From the NCBI GenBank assembly GCA_045602105.1, contig JAZSAW010000123.1, forward strand, positions 1 through 28,729: a DNA stretch of 28,729 nt, given 5' to 3'. Both the position numbers and the translations under genes were made by a program. How positions within the stretch are numbered: position 1 is the stretch's first letter; every line of letters starts with the position of its first letter. This DNA comes from Candidatus Avilachnospira sp. GTDB taxonomy: Bacteria > Bacillota > Clostridia > Oscillospirales > Oscillospiraceae. Positions 26,186-28,729 of this stretch are shown piece after piece. Below the pieces are notes generated by a model. That model made no database searches and was not told the origin of the DNA. It saw nothing but the letters and a program-made list of their open reading frames with translations.

Positions 26186-27043
26186 ATGGAAAAATTCATT
26201 ACCGCCACCGGCAAGACCATCGACCTGGCCATTGAATCGGCGCTGCAGGAGCTGAACATGGATCGGGACAGCGTGTCTGTCGAGGTTCTGGAAAACCCCA
26301 AATCCGGCTTTCTGGGAATCGGCGGGACTCCCGCCAAGGTCAAGGTGACCTACGAAGCTCCCGATGAGCAGACCGGTCCTGCACCGGCTCTGTCCTCCGC
26401 TTCCCGTTCCAAGCCCAGAAAGACCGAGCCCAAGCAGGAAGCGCCCAAGCCCATCAATGAGCCCAAGGCTCAGCCTGCAAAACCCCAGCAGCCCGCAAAG
26501 CCCCAGCAGCCCGCAAAGCCCCGTCCCGAGCGTAAGCCCGCTCCCGAAGTCAAGGCCGAGCCCAAGGAATACGCCGTGGCTGAAGAAGGCTCTGTGGAAC
26601 AGCAGATCGAAGTGTTTATCAAGGGTCTGCTGGAGCATATGTCCTCCGACGCTGTGCCCCATGCATGGAAGACCGATTCCGATACCTATCAGGTAGATCT
26701 GGTGGGTGAAAATCTGGGTATGCTCATTGGTCGCCGGGGCGAGACCCTGGACGCCATCCAGCATCTGACCAACTACGCTGTCAACCGGGAAAGCACCAAG
26801 CGTGCCCGGATCAACGTGGACGCAGAGAACTACCGCCTGAAGCGGGAGGAGAGTCTGCGCCGTCTGGCCATGAAGGTCAGCGGAAAGGTGGTCAAGTATC
26901 GCCGGAGCATCACCCTTGAGCCCATGAACGCCTATGAGCGTCATGTGATCCACGCCGCCCTGCAGGACGTGGAAGGCGTGTCCACCCATTCTGTGGGCAC
27001 TGAGCCCAACCGCCGTCTGGTGGTCTCCTACAAGGAAGGCTAA
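26186..27043 (+). CDS. jag: Jag/EloR/KhpB RNA-binding protein (Jag_N, KH, R3H)
   Basis: EVLENPKSGFLGIG, LIGRRGETLDAIQHL, DAENYR, MNAYERHVIH (R3H), SVGTEPNRR. Confidence 0.96.
   Translation: MEKFITATGKTIDLAIESALQELNMDRDSVSVEVLENPKSGFLGIGGTPAKVKVTYEAPDEQTGPAPALSSASRSKPRKTEPKQEAPKPINEPKAQPAKPQQPAKPQQPAKPRPERKPAPEVKAEPKEYAVAEEGSVEQQIEVFIKGLLEHMSSDAVPHAWKTDSDTYQVDLVGENLGMLIGRRGETLDAIQHLTNYAVNRESTKRARINVDAENYRLKREESLRRLAMKVSGKVVKYRRSITLEPMNAYERHVIHAALQDVEGVSTHSVGTEPNRRLVVSYKEG
26468..26521 (+). repeat. 18-bp tandem repeat x3 encoding (xQPAKP)3 in the Jag linker
   Basis: GCTCAGCCTGCAAAACCC / CAGCAGCCCGCAAAGCCC / CAGCAGCCCGCAAAGCCC. Confidence 0.85.
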
Positions 27044-27050
27044 AAATTAT

Positions 27051-27084
27051 CGCCTCTGTCAATCTGACAGAGGCGATTTTCTTT
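27051..27084 (+). terminator. jag operon terminator, left copy of the direct repeat
   Basis: CGCCTCTGTC-AATCT-GACAGAGGCG-ATTTTCTTT. Confidence 0.88.
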
Positions 27085-27339
27085 CAGAGTGTCAAAGAAC
27101 CCGCCAAACGTCAAAACGAAGATTTTGACAGTTGGTGGGTTCAAATTTATTACAAGCAGGGAAAATCAGACTGTATCGTTGCAGGAAACCCCGCAAATCC
27201 TTGCAGGGCAAGGCGTTTTGACTTACTGCACAATTCGCCCTTTACCGTATCAGCATACGCCGACAAGGGCGAATTGCTTGTCTTGACGGCTTCCTTGACC
27301 TCTGCCAGCCTGCCAAAAAACTAGGTTTTTGACAGGCTG
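27085..27339. mobile_element. Non-autonomous structured insertion (MITE-like, possibly IS1182-related)
   Basis: Imperfect TIRs CAGAGTGTCAAAGA / CAGCCTGTCAAAAA (11/14 identical), several internal hairpins, no convincing gene, flanked by 34-bp direct repeats of the terminator hairpin. Confidence 0.7.
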
Positions 27340-27342
27340 CAC

Positions 27343-27376
27343 CGCCTCTGTCACTCCGACAGAGGCGATTTTCTTT
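27343..27376 (+). terminator. Second copy of the terminator hairpin (right direct repeat)
   Basis: CGCCTCTGTC-ACTCC-GACAGAGGCG-ATTTTCTTT; 32/34 identical to 27051-27084, both differences in the loop. Confidence 0.85.
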
Positions 27377-27405
27377 GGCTGATTCTTATCCGCTTTAAAT
27401 TGTTG

Positions 27406-27434
27406 ATGACAAATCCGACTACTTGGGATATAAT
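27406..27434 (+). promoter_or_regulatory. sigmaA promoter for the aminotransferase gene
   Basis: ATGACA-17 bp-TATAAT. Confidence 0.65.
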
Positions 27435-27484
27435 AGAATGACAGAATTTATACATCCCCATCCTTTGGTGAAAGGAGCAATCCT

Positions 27485-28678
27485 ATGCAGTTATCCCAGA
27501 AAATACAAAGCTGTGGTCAGTCCCCCATGCGGAAATTCCATCCCTTTGCCGTTCAGGCACAGCGCATGGGACGCAAGATCTACCATCTCAATATCGGTCA
27601 ACCGGATATTCAGACCCCGCCCCGCTTCTTTGAAGCCCTCCGGGATTTTGATAAAAAGGTGCTGGAATATATGTCCGCGCCCGGCAGGGATGATCTGGTC
27701 GGCGCCATTGTGAATTACTACAAAAAGCTGGGCGCAGACTACACCCCGGAGGACATCCTCATCACCACCGGTGGCTCGGAGGCTCTGCAAATGCTTATGC
27801 TGTCCATTCTGGACGAAGGCAGTGAGGTTCTTGTGGCAGAGCCCTTTTACCCCAACTATACCACCTTTGTCAACATGGCCGGCGGGCGCATCGTCCCTGT
27901 TCCCACCTCCGTGGAGGAGAGCTACCGCTATGCCAGCCGGGAGAAGTTCGAATCCCGCATCACCGACAAGACCCGCGCCATTATCCTGACTACGCCCGGC
28001 AATCCCACAGGCGTTGTCCTGAGCCGGGAGGAACTGCAGATCATGGTGGATATTGCCGTAGAGCATGACCTGTATCTCATCGGCGATGAGGTCTACCGGG
28101 AGTTTTTCTACGGTGGCGACGGCATGGCTGAATCTCTGGCGTCCTTCCCGGAGGCCGGGCAGAATGTGGTGCTGATCGATTCTGTTTCCAAGCGGTTTTC
28201 CGCCTGTGGCGCGCGAATCGGCGCGATCATTTCCAAAAATCACGAGCTGATGGCACAGGTGCTGAAGCTGTGTCAGGCCAGACTGTCTGTCGCCACTTTG
28301 GACCAGATCGGCGCGGCATCCCTCTATGGTGTGGACGAAGCATTTTTTACCCGTTGCCGGGAGGAATACCGGGCTCGCCGGGATACAGTCCTTTCCTGCC
28401 TGCGGGAGATTCCCGGTGTCACAGTGGCAGAACCGGAGGGGGCGTTCTATCTCATGGCAGCCCTGCCTGTGGACGACGCGGATGCCTTCCAGCAATGGTT
28501 GCTGACGGATTTTGAGGATCAGGGCGAAACGGTCATGTTTGCTCCCGGGGCATCCTTCTACGGCACACCGGGCAAAGGCGTCAACGAGATTCGCATCGCC
28601 TACGTCCTGCAAAAGGATCGCCTGAAGCGTGCCATGGAACTGCTGAAGCTGGGTCTGGAACAGTACAATAAACGATAA
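27485..28678 (+). CDS. PLP-dependent class I/II aminotransferase (aspartate aminotransferase-like)
   Basis: LNIGQPD, TTGGSEA, PGNPTG, DEVY, SVSKRFSACGARIG (PLP Lys). RBS AAGGAG. Confidence 0.95.
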   Translation: MQLSQKIQSCGQSPMRKFHPFAVQAQRMGRKIYHLNIGQPDIQTPPRFFEALRDFDKKVLEYMSAPGRDDLVGAIVNYYKKLGADYTPEDILITTGGSEALQMLMLSILDEGSEVLVAEPFYPNYTTFVNMAGGRIVPVPTSVEESYRYASREKFESRITDKTRAIILTTPGNPTGVVLSREELQIMVDIAVEHDLYLIGDEVYREFFYGGDGMAESLASFPEAGQNVVLIDSVSKRFSACGARIGAIISKNHELMAQVLKLCQARLSVATLDQIGAASLYGVDEAFFTRCREEYRARRDTVLSCLREIPGVTVAEPEGAFYLMAALPVDDADAFQQWLLTDFEDQGETVMFAPGASFYGTPGKGVNEIRIAYVLQKDRLKRAMELLKLGLEQYNKR

Positions 28679-28680
28679 AC

Positions 28681-28713
28681 AAAAGGAACGGCCATTGGCC
28701 GTTCCTTATTTTT
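28681..28713 (+). terminator. Intrinsic terminator (REP-like core)
   Basis: AAGGAACGGCC-ATT-GGCCGTTCCTT followed by ATTTTT. Confidence 0.85.
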
Positions 28714-28729
28714 GCAATATCTCCAGAAA

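Noticed and set aside
27089-27286. 65-aa ORF inside the MITE-like element as a transposase remnant
   Set aside because: No RBS and no DDE/HUH motif; overlaps the hairpins, so most likely a chance ORF.
1-28729. CRISPR array, tRNA/rRNA, prophage or defence genes
   Set aside because: No regularly spaced repeat-spacer series, no cloverleaf or rRNA signature, and no integrase, structural or cas genes recognised by eye; tRNAscan and CRISPR finders were not run.

Overview
28.7-kb chromosomal window from a Clostridia-like Firmicute (inferred from gene content, sigmaA promoters and GGAGG RBSs; probably Oscillospiraceae). It is mostly housekeeping. Left to right: a secreted, probably SLH-type protein cut by the window edge (missing from the ORF track), a membrane-anchored hypothetical protein, a cpsC-cpsD-cpsB tyrosine phosphoregulatory module, prfC, recR-ybaB-dnaX, a two-domain class II aldolase, oppBCDFA, murI, a membrane protein, a GNAT-tatD-sanA-alaX-ymdB cluster, a cold-shock protein, mgtE, rpmH-rnpA-yidD-yidC-jag and a class I/II aminotransferase. 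The least ordinary signals are: (i) a 255-bp non-coding, highly structured MITE-like element with imperfect terminal inverted repeats, flanked by two copies of the jag terminator hairpin; (ii) a GTAG-type REP doublet plus a family of covarying palindromes that also serve as terminators; (iii) a BY-kinase with an 18-tyrosine low-complexity tail; (iv) rpmH sitting divergent from mgtE with no dnaA or DnaA boxes; (v) a DnaX zinc module with Cys replaced by Trp. No CRISPR array, tRNA, rRNA, prophage or intact transposase was seen.
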